This document shows, one piece after another, positions 18,953 through 27,934 of a stretch of DNA of 64,000 nt. Source of the stretch: Methanobacteriota archaeon. GTDB lineage: Archaea > Thermoplasmatota > Poseidoniia > Poseidoniales > Poseidoniaceae. Below the pieces are notes generated by a model. That model saw only the letters and a program-made list of their open reading frames with translations, had not been told where the DNA came from and did not search any database. Every line of letters starts with the position of its first letter. The first letter of the stretch is position 1. Position numbers and translations under genes: made by a program. Location of the stretch: the NCBI GenBank assembly GCA_002706065.1, contig PAJM01000043.1, positions 1,415 to 65,414 of the forward strand, written 5' to 3'.

Positions 18953-19624
18953 ATGGGCGAGGCATCTGAGGTCGCAGCATATTTCGATCTCGATGGCACA
19001 TTGCTAAACGCTTCTAGCGAAAAGACACTGACGGGCGTTCTTGCAAAACGAAGACCTTGGAGAATCCCCCATGCGACTGTTGCATGGACACTTGGAGCAA
19101 CATTTGGCCTCTTAACGGGGAAGTCTCCTTACGATGCTTTTCGGAACCGAGGCCATCTGTCGCTTGCATCTTGGCAAGTTCTTGAGCAGTATTCAGAAGA
19201 GATTGCCACATCGATTCTCAAGCCGAAAGTATCGCAGGGCGCTTGGGATCGTCTTGAATGGCACCGAAATCAAGGCCATCGGCTCGTATTGGTCACTGCT
19301 ACGGTCGCACCAATGGCCGAAGCGATGGCTCGCGTTCTCAACATGGACGAAGTGTATGGATGTGGGCCTGAAGTACGCAACGGATGGCTTTCGGGTTCCG
19401 AACGAGGTTGGTCTATCCCCCGCCGAAAAGGAAAGGTCTCAATCGTTGAGCAAGATGCTGTAAAAAACGGTCACACGCTTTCAGAGTGCTATGGGTATGG
19501 AAACACGCTCGCAGATTCATGGTTCATGCAAAGATGTGGTCATGCTATAGCCGTCAATCCAGAATCATCGTTGGAAAAACATGCTAAAAAACATGATTGG
19601 GAAATTGTCCATTGGCCTTCATGA
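18953..19624 (+). CDS. HAD-IB family hydrolase
   Basis: Motif I AAYFDLDGTLL. Motif II LVLVTAT. C-terminal YGYGNTLADSWFMQRCGHAIAVNP. I prefer ATG 18953 over the GTG 18905 of the ORF track. Confidence 0.75.
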   Translation: MGEASEVAAYFDLDGTLLNASSEKTLTGVLAKRRPWRIPHATVAWTLGATFGLLTGKSPYDAFRNRGHLSLASWQVLEQYSEEIATSILKPKVSQGAWDRLEWHRNQGHRLVLVTATVAPMAEAMARVLNMDEVYGCGPEVRNGWLSGSERGWSIPRRKGKVSIVEQDAVKNGHTLSECYGYGNTLADSWFMQRCGHAIAVNPESSLEKHAKKHDWEIVHWPS

Positions 19625-19654
19625 GTTCAAATACTCTTGAAGAACAGTCTATGC

Positions 19655-20545
19655 ATGGACGAAGAATTTTTGCCTGCAGAAGACGAGGAAGTTGAGGAAC
19701 CTTCTCCCTCAGCCGAGTATCAAACAAAGAAACTTGAACAATTTCAAGAAAAAATCGATGCAAGTTTTTCAGCCATGCAAACCTCGTTTGATTACCTGAT
19801 GACAACCATCGAGAAGAACCCTGATAGAATCATCTTTGACACTGAGAACATCATTATTCTCGGTAATTTAGCAACATATACAATCCCGTTGGATTCCGTC
19901 CTTTCAAAGCTCAAGAACCCGTTTGCGGGCGGAAGTGGTCTTCAAGCAACAAAGACTACGCGAAAGGGAGAACTCAAAGGGAAACAAGCCAGCGTGTGCA
20001 TTCAACCAGATTACAACAATGTCTCGGATCTGCCAGGATGCGACGTGCTAGATTCGTACTTTCTAATGCTCCTTAACGATGACAAATTCATTCACCAACC
20101 TGCGCACGGCCCGCTGCGAAGGGCAATGCTACAGTTGTATGGTCTGGGTATTAGCCCAGCCTCTAAAGCGATGAAGACATGGATTGAATCGACATCAGCT
20201 GCAGAATTCAAGGCCGAGGAATCAGCGGCTGAGATTAAAGGAACAGATGGTTGGCGATGGAGAGTTTCCGATTCCAACCCATTGGTCAATGGGTTCACCA
20301 TCTGGTTCAAGAAGAAGAATCAGCGAAAGTGGACAAAGGTCGTGGAAGATTCATCGCTGTTCGAATACAGTTACCATTACGAAGATGTCTTGTCTGTCCT
20401 CGAACTGCTATCTGATTCCCCTCGTGTGCTCATTCACGATGAGCCCTATGCATCGGATGAATATTTCATGCATGCAGTTGCGAAGCATCATACCCCCGTC
20501 GCAAAGCGAATTGAAAACGACCGTGCGAAGCAAGCCGCTTCATGA
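19655..20545 (+). CDS. Hypothetical protein sharing a ~75-aa module with CDS 39540..41780
   Basis: ATG 19655 lies within ORF 19637..20545. Module IIILGNLATYTIPLD ... SVCIQP ... DLPGCDVLDSYFLMLLNDD is at 19820-20086. Confidence 0.5.
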   Translation: MDEEFLPAEDEEVEEPSPSAEYQTKKLEQFQEKIDASFSAMQTSFDYLMTTIEKNPDRIIFDTENIIILGNLATYTIPLDSVLSKLKNPFAGGSGLQATKTTRKGELKGKQASVCIQPDYNNVSDLPGCDVLDSYFLMLLNDDKFIHQPAHGPLRRAMLQLYGLGISPASKAMKTWIESTSAAEFKAEESAAEIKGTDGWRWRVSDSNPLVNGFTIWFKKKNQRKWTKVVEDSSLFEYSYHYEDVLSVLELLSDSPRVLIHDEPYASDEYFMHAVAKHHTPVAKRIENDRAKQAAS

Positions 20546-20547
20546 TT

Positions 20548-20624
20548 TGGCGGCCCCTCCGCGATTCGAACACGGGTCTCAACCTCCGCAGGGTCGAAGG
20601 ATATCCAAACTACCCCAAGGGGCC
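20548..20624 (-). tRNA. tRNA-Arg (anticodon GCG), CCA encoded
   Basis: The reverse complement reads GGCCCCT-TG-GGGT-AGTTTGGAT-ATCC-TT-CGACC-CTGCGGA-GGTTG-AGAC-CCGTG-TTCGAAT-CGCGG-AGGGGCC-G-CCA. It has a 7-bp acceptor stem, U33, anticodon GCG, G37 and a canonical T-loop. My hand fold leaves two nt between the D and anticodon stems. Confidence 0.85.
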
Positions 20625-20648
20625 GGGGTAATTGTTCCACCTGCCGAC

Positions 20649-20658
20649 TTGATATAAG
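20649..20658 (-). promoter_or_regulatory. Candidate archaeal TATA box for tRNA-Arg
   Basis: Minus-strand CTTATATCAA is centred about 30 nt upstream of tRNA nt 1 (20624). Confidence 0.45.
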
Positions 20659-20722
20659 CACAACGGAATGGAACTCGCAGGTCCGTACAAGAGTTCATAC
20701 TGCTTCTTCCTCTAGGATAACC

Positions 20723-21139
20723 ATGGCAGTTCGACTGGAACGGGGCGTTGATTTCCCGATGGTTGATTTGGCAAACATTGCTTACTATCCTCGAATCTTC
20801 GATCTTGCACATCGGTTTTTCGAGGATTCTTGGATTCCAATTTGCGACATTCGTTACGCCGATTTGCTTCTTGTTCGAAAGCTTGGTTTCCCCGTTGTCC
20901 ACGTTGAATCCGATTTTCTTGCACCACTGCGATATGGCGATACGATTACAGCAACGATATGGATCGATAGAGTTGGAGAAACATCCTGCACCTGGCAATA
21001 TCAATTCCATAACCAAGAAAGTGAATTGCTTTGGACATCCACACAAGTAACGGTCTGTGTTGACATGAATTCGATGAATCGGATTTCCATCCCAGAGGAT
21101 TTACGCCAAGGCCTTGAGGCCTGCAAGAGGGATTCGTGA
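20723..21139 (+). CDS. Hotdog-fold acyl-CoA thioesterase (4HBT/YbgC-like)
   Basis: VDLANIAYYPRIFDLAHRFFED ... GFPVVHVESDFLAPLRYGDTITATIWIDRVGETSCTWQYQF ... TQVTVCVD matches the YbgC/4HBT pattern. Confidence 0.8.
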   Translation: MAVRLERGVDFPMVDLANIAYYPRIFDLAHRFFEDSWIPICDIRYADLLLVRKLGFPVVHVESDFLAPLRYGDTITATIWIDRVGETSCTWQYQFHNQESELLWTSTQVTVCVDMNSMNRISIPEDLRQGLEACKRDS

Positions 21140-21732
21140 TGTCAGACGATAACGAAGTGGATATGTTTGCGCTTCGTCCTGATTTTAAAGGTCCAAAGAC
21201 CGTTGGAATTTTACTGATCATCTTTTCTGTTTTCCTTGCTTTTGTCGCAAAGGCCGATCTCGATTTAGCCCAAACAGACGAAGTTTCTGACGCCTACATG
21301 GAGAAAATCCTAGAAACACCAAATCAGCAAGGCGATAACGTTTCGTTCGACGAGTATCAATTGTACCACAAAGAGGTGAACGACAACAGCGGCTATCTCA
21401 TCAGAGGCGTATCGCTTGCAATAGGGAGTACTGCTGGGATTGTCGGCGGAGCACTCCTCTACAGAATGAAGCCTGTTGGTGGCAAACTTGCCTTAGCAGG
21501 GGCCTTAGTCTCATTCGTGGGGGGTGTTCTAGGGAACATGATTTTTTACGATGCTGCAGAGCTTCACCTCAAAGGTACAATTCGCGATAATGCGGAATAT
21601 TTCGGTTATGCGTGTGGCGTCTGCACGTTCTTCGTTGCGTCTCTTGCCCTTCTGCCACTGATTAACGCACGGGCACGGTTGGCTTTCGATGAAGCAAACA
21701 AGGTCGAACTTGTTCAAGATGAGTCTGAATGA
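21136..21732 (+). CDS. Hypothetical membrane protein (about 4 TM)
   Basis: GTGATG overlaps the upstream stop. Helices: VGILLIIFSVFLAFV, AIGSTAGIVGGALLY, LALAGALVSFVGGVLG, CGVCTFFVASLALLPLI. Confidence 0.55.
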   Translation: MMSDDNEVDMFALRPDFKGPKTVGILLIIFSVFLAFVAKADLDLAQTDEVSDAYMEKILETPNQQGDNVSFDEYQLYHKEVNDNSGYLIRGVSLAIGSTAGIVGGALLYRMKPVGGKLALAGALVSFVGGVLGNMIFYDAAELHLKGTIRDNAEYFGYACGVCTFFVASLALLPLINARARLAFDEANKVELVQDESE

Positions 21733-22172
21733 TTATCTGGCCTGGGCCATTTCTTTGCCAGCGCCTTCTCAAGATCTTCATTCAAGATAGCGTTCCACCA
21801 ATCGCTACCTTGCCAAATAGCATACTTTCCACGTATGCCGCGTAAATCAGCACCTTTCATTTTGCAATTCCTAAAATTTGAGAGATTACAACGCGCTTTT
21901 CGAAGATCTGCTCCTCTAAAATCCGCTCCATCGAAGGCTGATTTCATCAAATCTGCTTCGACCATCGAAGCACGACGAAAATCGCATTCGGAGAAGTCAC
22001 CCTCGGTCAAATCGGCTTCATCAAGAATCGCTCTTCTGAACGTTGAGCCTCGGTGACGGCCCTTTCTGAAGATAGCTTTTGTGTGATTTTGGTAGGAACA
22101 ATCGATGATTTCCGATTCAGATGATTCGGGGTCATCTCGAGGGTCGCCTGCCCCTCCGCCTGACATCACCAT
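21714..22172 (-). CDS. Pentapeptide-repeat protein
   Basis: ADLTEGDFSECDFRRASMVEADLMKSAFDGADFRGADLRKARCNLSNFRNCKMKGADLRG. I chose ATG 22172 because it lies 7 nt downstream of the stop of the preceding gene (22180). Confidence 0.75.
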   Translation of the reverse strand: MVMSGGGAGDPRDDPESSESEIIDCSYQNHTKAIFRKGRHRGSTFRRAILDEADLTEGDFSECDFRRASMVEADLMKSAFDGADFRGADLRKARCNLSNFRNCKMKGADLRGIRGKYAIWQGSDWWNAILNEDLEKALAKKWPRPDNHSDSS

Positions 22173-22179
22173 ATTGCAC

Positions 22180-22731
22180 TCAGGATGTTGATTGTTTATC
22201 GAGGTGTGCCCTGCCGGCATTGGTAAGGAGCGAGAATCTGTTTTTCTCTCCATATTCGAGCGGTACCATCAGCAATCCTCGTTCCTTGAGTCTGTTGAGA
22301 TAGAGACTGAGGTTTCCAGGGGGGTCGATTCCTGCGTCGGAAAACAGTTGATTTACGACTCGCGGCGGACTGTCCGAGAGGTTTTCGACATCGCGAAGGT
22401 AGTGGATTGCTGCGAGAACTTGATCGGGTTTCTTGCTTAATGAACAGTTTTCGACAAGAGCACGGAAAGCGGATCCACGCTCAGGCAGTCCGATGTCTCT
22501 GGCAGCATCGATAGCGGCATCAATGGCAGCATCTCGAGCATCTCGCAGACGCTCAAGAACGATGGACCATGTGTCATCATGGCGCATTTGGATAAGCCGT
22601 GCATCAACTTCGACTGTTGCACCGCTTAAATCAATCTCTAAGTCACCCGCGGTGACGACAAACCTTGATTGAGTAACCATAGTAATCAGTTCATCGAAAG
22701 ATGCACCCATTGATAATGTTTGTATAACCAC
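22180..22731 (-). CDS. Hypothetical protein with probable C-terminal winged-helix domain
   Basis: C-terminal LSLYLNRLKERGLLMVPLEYGEKNRFSLLTNAGRAHL resembles a wHTH recognition helix plus wing. The N-terminal half is unrecognised. Confidence 0.45.
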   Translation of the reverse strand: MVIQTLSMGASFDELITMVTQSRFVVTAGDLEIDLSGATVEVDARLIQMRHDDTWSIVLERLRDARDAAIDAAIDAARDIGLPERGSAFRALVENCSLSKKPDQVLAAIHYLRDVENLSDSPPRVVNQLFSDAGIDPPGNLSLYLNRLKERGLLMVPLEYGEKNRFSLLTNAGRAHLDKQSTS

Positions 22732-22828
22732 CAGTCAATCAAAATATTCTGAAGAGAAAGAAATGTGTGTTGGATTTTAGTCATCGACTTGAAGTAGAAG
22801 TTTGTGTTGTCATAGAAAAGGTGGCAGT

Positions 22829-25800
22829 ATGTACGACACGCGAGTAAACAAAAAAACGCTCATCCTTGCGGTGTTGTTTCTAACTCCAATTTTCTTTGTA
22901 CCCGAGTCCTTTGCAAGCGGCACAACACAGGTCAATACGTTCACTGGAGGGGCATCATCGCTAACCATTACCTCTGACGGAAACAATACCTCGAGCGACC
23001 TACAATTCGATCTTGAGAGGAACGTTACATTCCAAGACGCATCCTTCGTTGTCGAGGGACAATCCGTTGCCGACACCCCAGGCAGTATCTGGATCAACAG
23101 CAGCACAGGGAATACGATTTGGACGTACTCCGGAGTTGGCTATGGAGACTTATCGCATCAAAACACGTTTCAAACAGGTGCGACGTTTGATACAGTTCAG
23201 TTGAACAACAGTTCAAGCATGCCTTCCCCCATTTTGATTCCAAAGAACGCAACATTGCAATCAAGTTATGCCAACATCACGTATACGCCACAACTTGATG
23301 GCCAATACATACCTGTTGGGGCTGTCCAGCACATGGTGCTCGGTGAATCGAATGCCGATGGAATGACGGATGCATTTGTCTTCTCAACGCAGAATTCTAC
23401 CACAGGTGTAAACACAGGTTTCGCTGTTATCGAGAGCAATCAAACGGCCATGGAATACAATTTGACGGGTTGGATTGAAACATGCATCAATTCAGATCAA
23501 TTGAGAATTGCAGATATGAACAACGATTCCCACGATGATGTTGTAACCTTCTCTACTGGAAGCTCGATGATGTGCATCCACTACTACAACACAACGACCA
23601 TGACGTATGATGCATCGTTTTCAGTCAACATTACAAGCAATCCAATCGATGTAGAGCTTGCTGATATGAACGGTGATGATTATCCAGACTTTATCACAAT
23701 TCACGGATTCTCTGGACAAGGTGAAGTCTCGCTAACTCTCTTCAATGGCTCGACAGACGCGGTGCGACAAGATGACGACATTCCAGTATACCGTTGGAAT
23801 TTCGGACAGGGACGAACAAGTCTGCGCAGTCTACGCGTTGGTGATTTCTTTGATCGAAATGAAAACGTCATCATCGTTTCCGATGCTTGGAATGACGCTA
23901 CGGAAATTACCTACGATTCTGTCAACCGTCAACTTAATTCCAACATTCAGAAATTCCGTAATCTTACAGCCGCATCTGTAGCAGGTGACTTTGATGGCGA
24001 TGGAGACATCGACTTTTTGACAACAAAAGAAACAGAGTCAGTCATTATTATCAACAATCAATCCTCTTGGAATCAGGTTGGTATACTCGACGTTTTGGAT
24101 GCAACGAATGCAACCATTGCGGATTTTAACAACGATGGCGCCGTATCACTACTCACTCCAAATCCTCAGTTTGGAGACGGAAATCCTTCGACGATTGAAG
24201 GGGAAATTGGATTCCGCTCGATTTCTCCAACAGGCTTAGGATCGCCGAGCAACACTCCCCTAACGCCGTATTCTGTACCGAGAGACATTCAGTTCTCCGA
24301 TATCAACCATGATGGACTGGTTGACCAATTTGTACTTGCAGGTGAAGGACTTCAAGGTGTTTTCATTGGTTCATGGCATAATCTCTCTCTCGATACCGAT
24401 GTCGATGGAGACGATGACCTGTGGGCATCGGGTTATTCGAGTACGACAATCGCTCACCTTGGTGTTCTGACCATAACCGATGCAGATGACGTCATCAGCG
24501 ATACAATCTCTCCTTTCTTGCAAGCATATCCTGGGCTATCCGATGGGTATGGAATCGAAATGGTGACCAATATGATGTCATTGTCAAGCAATTCGAATGG
24601 TACTGCCAACTTCACTGATCTTGACATCGGATACGACATTATGTTTGCAGTTACAACAAGTGCGGGAACCATAGGATCATTCAGCAATTCCCTCAATCAA
24701 CAAATGCTTGCTGGAGCGGGAACGTTCACAGTAACGTTCCCAGTAGAAACAACACGGGAAGGTCAGTTTGATGCGACGTCGTTGAGTATGAATTATACCT
24801 TAGGCGCACCAAATCTCGCCCTGCCGCCAACACCTGTTTTGTCGGTTCAATCGCTCACAGAATTTGATGTAACAATCGAATGGCAGGCGCTTTCTGAGTT
24901 TGGTTCGGACTTACAAGAATTCCAAATCTTCAGGATGTCTTCCGCTTCTCCTTACGATTATTCATCACCCTATGAAGTCGTGACAGGGCAGAATTACTAC
25001 ACCGATTCCGTCGTTGATATTGGCTCAACCTATGGATACGTGGTCCGTTCAGTTCATTCCTTTGGTATCGTCAGCAACCTTTCCCAATCGCTCGAAGTAA
25101 CCATTCCGAACCCACCTGCTCCATCGGCAGTTACGAATGTACAACTTCTTGATTTGGACATCGAAACAACATCATCTCCGATGAAAGTCACTTGGGATGC
25201 GAGCGTTGACGCAGGTGTAGAAGAGTATCGAGTCTACGTTGCTAGGTCAAGTTTGGATGCAACAGGATTGGCAGATGAATTGACATCGGAAAAGGACTAT
25301 TCCTTCAATGGCATCACATACCAATCCGTTGCAACAGTCCCTTCTACGACAACCGAGGCTGAACTCACCCAGACAAGTGCGTATTCGGACTCAATCGGTA
25401 ATACACCCTCTGAACTCATTCAAGATGGGCATGAATATTGGGTAGCGGTTGCAGCTGTCGATGTATATGGCAATGCTTCCTTACCCCTGCCCGTCGCAGG
25501 ACCGACAACTTCCTACAACAACACCTACATCGACAGTCAACTGTCCTTGACTGTACTCTCAGGTCCTGATGGATTCTCGGGGAATGTGCTGGAATCAAAC
25601 AGCCCCCTTCAGATCAGCGTCTATGCGCATTATTTCGATGATGCACAGCAAGATGTCGGCATTCAGGGAGCTCAACTCGAGATGACGATAACCTACGGAA
25701 GTGAATCTCTTGTCCTTAATGGGCAAAGCGACACTACGGGACAATGGTCAGCAGTTGATGTTACGAGTCTTCACGACCCAACAATTCCACAGAGTCTCCT

Positions 25801-27124
25801 CGATTTCTCAGCGAGCGCAGGCGGCACCGTAGACATTGAAGTTTCAATGACTGCAATTGAGGTCGCTGATATGCAGCCCTATGCCTCAGCAAATGCCTCG
25901 GATTCAATGGGTACCGCGATATCGATTGAATTCTCTGGCCCTGCTTCACCTGTTGACATGGATGCAAACAATGCCATTGATGTGAACATCACATTGAGCG
26001 CAGTTGATTCTGTAAATCCAGCACACCAAGCCGCACTTGAAGGAACAACAATACTCTGGGAGGCATTCAACGATACTTCAGCAGACGCCCTGATGAGTGG
26101 TTCTGAAACGCTCTCAACTGGGAAGATTCGAATTGCCTCATCGTTCGAGAACATGTCTCGAATTGAATTCACAGTCGACTCAGGAAGCCGAGTTCTTATT
26201 GGAACCACGACGTATACGCTTACTCTCAATGCATACATCGCACCCGTTGAAACAAATGAGACCGATGAAACTGAACCAGAGTGGGTTCCGACGACCATTC
26301 AATCTGTCACCATCGCTTGTGAGAGCTCAACCATCCTCACCAATCAGCAGGCATCAAGTGACCCAATCGAATGTGTTCTTGAAAATCCAAACCCCTTCAG
26401 CGTCGATGTTACCGTCTCGGTAACAGAGTCACCTTCTCTGTTCAAGAATCCAGGATCGATGACCGTCGGTGCAAATGAATCGACAACGATCTCGTTCGTT
26501 CCGAAGTACGATGACCCTCTGTGGGAGCGGCAGGATGATGCGAATGTGGAGAAGGAGTTCACAATCCAACTCCGTACGAGTTCCTCAAATTATGACATCG
26601 AAGGTCAACCCTTGTTGCAAAATGGCATTGTTACGTGGACGGCAGATCTCTTTGTCGAAGTAGCTACAACACCGGTCGGAGAGGAGAAGAGCTCCTCCAA
26701 TACAGCCCTATTGGGTGGAATCGGTGCAGGTGTCGCGTTGCTTGCAATCGTTGGATTCGTTCTTTACCGACGTGCTTCCGCCGACTTTGAAAACGAATCT
26801 TTCTATGAAGAAGACGAGCCTCCAATCGAAGAGGAACCAGTTGAAATTCCAGAAGGGAAACCACTTGACTCCTTTGAAGATAAGACCATTACCGATGAGC
26901 CTGAGGTCAAAGAACGACCTGGTGATTCCTTGATTTCAGAAGCCGATGATGTCGAACAAGATGAGAGAGAAGACGACGTTGAAGATGAGCCTCCAATCGA
27001 AGAGGAAGAGTCCGATGACGGAATTTCCGTCGACGAATATGGAACCGAATGGTACGAGGATGAAGTTGGAACCTGGTGGTACAGAGAAGCAGGAGCCGAA
27101 GATTGGTCCGAATACAATGAGTAA
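22829..27124 (+). CDS. Giant (1431 aa) FG-GAP/VCBS-repeat and FN3-containing surface protein with TM anchor and acidic cytoplasmic tail
   Basis: AAGGTGG precedes ATG 22829. Signal/anchor LILAVLFLTPIFFVPESFA. FG-GAP-type loops: ADMNNDSHDDVV, ADMNGDDYPDFI, GDFDGDGDIDFL, ADFNNDGAVSLL, SDINHDGLVDQF. FN3-like stretches: VTIEWQALSE...FQIFR and KVTWDASVDAGVEEYRVYVA. TM ALLGGIGAGVALLAIVGFVLY + RR, followed by a Glu/Asp-rich tail. Confidence 0.85.
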   Translation: MYDTRVNKKTLILAVLFLTPIFFVPESFASGTTQVNTFTGGASSLTITSDGNNTSSDLQFDLERNVTFQDASFVVEGQSVADTPGSIWINSSTGNTIWTYSGVGYGDLSHQNTFQTGATFDTVQLNNSSSMPSPILIPKNATLQSSYANITYTPQLDGQYIPVGAVQHMVLGESNADGMTDAFVFSTQNSTTGVNTGFAVIESNQTAMEYNLTGWIETCINSDQLRIADMNNDSHDDVVTFSTGSSMMCIHYYNTTTMTYDASFSVNITSNPIDVELADMNGDDYPDFITIHGFSGQGEVSLTLFNGSTDAVRQDDDIPVYRWNFGQGRTSLRSLRVGDFFDRNENVIIVSDAWNDATEITYDSVNRQLNSNIQKFRNLTAASVAGDFDGDGDIDFLTTKETESVIIINNQSSWNQVGILDVLDATNATIADFNNDGAVSLLTPNPQFGDGNPSTIEGEIGFRSISPTGLGSPSNTPLTPYSVPRDIQFSDINHDGLVDQFVLAGEGLQGVFIGSWHNLSLDTDVDGDDDLWASGYSSTTIAHLGVLTITDADDVISDTISPFLQAYPGLSDGYGIEMVTNMMSLSSNSNGTANFTDLDIGYDIMFAVTTSAGTIGSFSNSLNQQMLAGAGTFTVTFPVETTREGQFDATSLSMNYTLGAPNLALPPTPVLSVQSLTEFDVTIEWQALSEFGSDLQEFQIFRMSSASPYDYSSPYEVVTGQNYYTDSVVDIGSTYGYVVRSVHSFGIVSNLSQSLEVTIPNPPAPSAVTNVQLLDLDIETTSSPMKVTWDASVDAGVEEYRVYVARSSLDATGLADELTSEKDYSFNGITYQSVATVPSTTTEAELTQTSAYSDSIGNTPSELIQDGHEYWVAVAAVDVYGNASLPLPVAGPTTSYNNTYIDSQLSLTVLSGPDGFSGNVLESNSPLQISVYAHYFDDAQQDVGIQGAQLEMTITYGSESLVLNGQSDTTGQWSAVDVTSLHDPTIPQSLLDFSASAGGTVDIEVSMTAIEVADMQPYASANASDSMGTAISIEFSGPASPVDMDANNAIDVNITLSAVDSVNPAHQAALEGTTILWEAFNDTSADALMSGSETLSTGKIRIASSFENMSRIEFTVDSGSRVLIGTTTYTLTLNAYIAPVETNETDETEPEWVPTTIQSVTIACESSTILTNQQASSDPIECVLENPNPFSVDVTVSVTESPSLFKNPGSMTVGANESTTISFVPKYDDPLWERQDDANVEKEFTIQLRTSSSNYDIEGQPLLQNGIVTWTADLFVEVATTPVGEEKSSSNTALLGGIGAGVALLAIVGFVLYRRASADFENESFYEEDEPPIEEEPVEIPEGKPLDSFEDKTITDEPEVKERPGDSLISEADDVEQDEREDDVEDEPPIEEEESDDGISVDEYGTEWYEDEVGTWWYREAGAEDWSEYNE
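26810..27007 (+). repeat. 27-nt direct repeat (one mismatch) encoding EDEPPIEEE twice in the cytoplasmic tail
   Basis: gaagaCgagcctccaatcgaagaggaa at 26810-26836 and gaagaTgagcctccaatcgaagaggaa at 26981-27007. The 21-nt core is identical. Confidence 0.9.
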
Positions 27125-27175
27125 ACGCCGAGATATTTTTCAAAGACCAGCCGACCAGCAAACTGAGGCCTGAAT

Positions 27176-27934
27176 ATGAAACAACAATTTGGGACATATG
27201 ACCTTGTACTTCGTTCGGGAGTCGATCCGACGACAAACGGTGTGGCCATCTGTGGATTTACTACCGCAGGGATGGTCGGTGTAATTGCGACCTCTCACAT
27301 CATTGAATCGCTCAATCTTACCCAACTTGGAACTGTAATGGATGCGAATTTCCCCGCAGTCGCTTTGATTCAAAACGAGGTTCCTCGTCACCCTGTTCGT
27401 GTGTATCAAGGCGATGGAATAGGCGTGTTCACTGCTGAAATCCAATTCGAGAAAGAACAAGACATTGCATTTGGCTCGACAGTCCTTGAATGGTTTGGAG
27501 CTGGAGGTTTCGACCAACTGATTATCATTGATGGTATCCTCAAGCCTGAGAAACAAATCCAAGGCGAGGGCTTGTTTGCGGTTGGAGCGAATGATGTCGC
27601 TCGTGCTCGATTGAAATCTCTTGATTTGCAAACGATTCAACGCGGGGTTGTCTCTGGAATCACAGGCTTCCTCCTCAGCGAAGGCGATCGCCTTAATCTT
27701 GACATCACTGCCCTTCTCTCGGAAGCAAGCCCGATGTACCCAGATGTCCGGGCTGCAGCGGTTGCAATTGAAGCGATTACCGAGATGACCGGAAAAGAGA
27801 TTCCATTATCGAAAATGCTTGAGAATGCTCGTAGCATTGAGCAATCGGTGCAAGAGATCATCGAAAGTGCAACTCCGCTCCTCCCTTCTCCAGATGAGGA
27901 TGACGATGTCATCAATGATCCATCATTTGGTTGA
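27176..27934 (+). CDS. PAC2-family proteasome assembly chaperone (second paralog)
   Basis: VAICGFTTAGMVGVIATSHIIESLNL matches the PAC2 N-terminal signature. It shares the C-terminal pattern ...YPDVRAAAVAIEAI... with 10618..11415 (...FPDARAAAALVKKL...). Confidence 0.7.
   Translation: MKQQFGTYDLVLRSGVDPTTNGVAICGFTTAGMVGVIATSHIIESLNLTQLGTVMDANFPAVALIQNEVPRHPVRVYQGDGIGVFTAEIQFEKEQDIAFGSTVLEWFGAGGFDQLIIIDGILKPEKQIQGEGLFAVGANDVARARLKSLDLQTIQRGVVSGITGFLLSEGDRLNLDITALLSEASPMYPDVRAAAVAIEAITEMTGKEIPLSKMLENARSIEQSVQEIIESATPLLPSPDEDDDVINDPSFG

Noticed and set aside
20579-21046. 155-aa minus-strand ORF
   Set aside because: It overlaps the tRNA-Arg gene and is antisense to the thioesterase gene, so it is not credible.
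20548-22800. Integrated mobile element at tRNA-Arg
   Set aside because: I saw no integrase, recombinase, phage or plasmid genes flanking the tRNA, and no direct repeat of the tRNA 3' end by eye. The flanking genes are ordinary metabolic or hypothetical genes.
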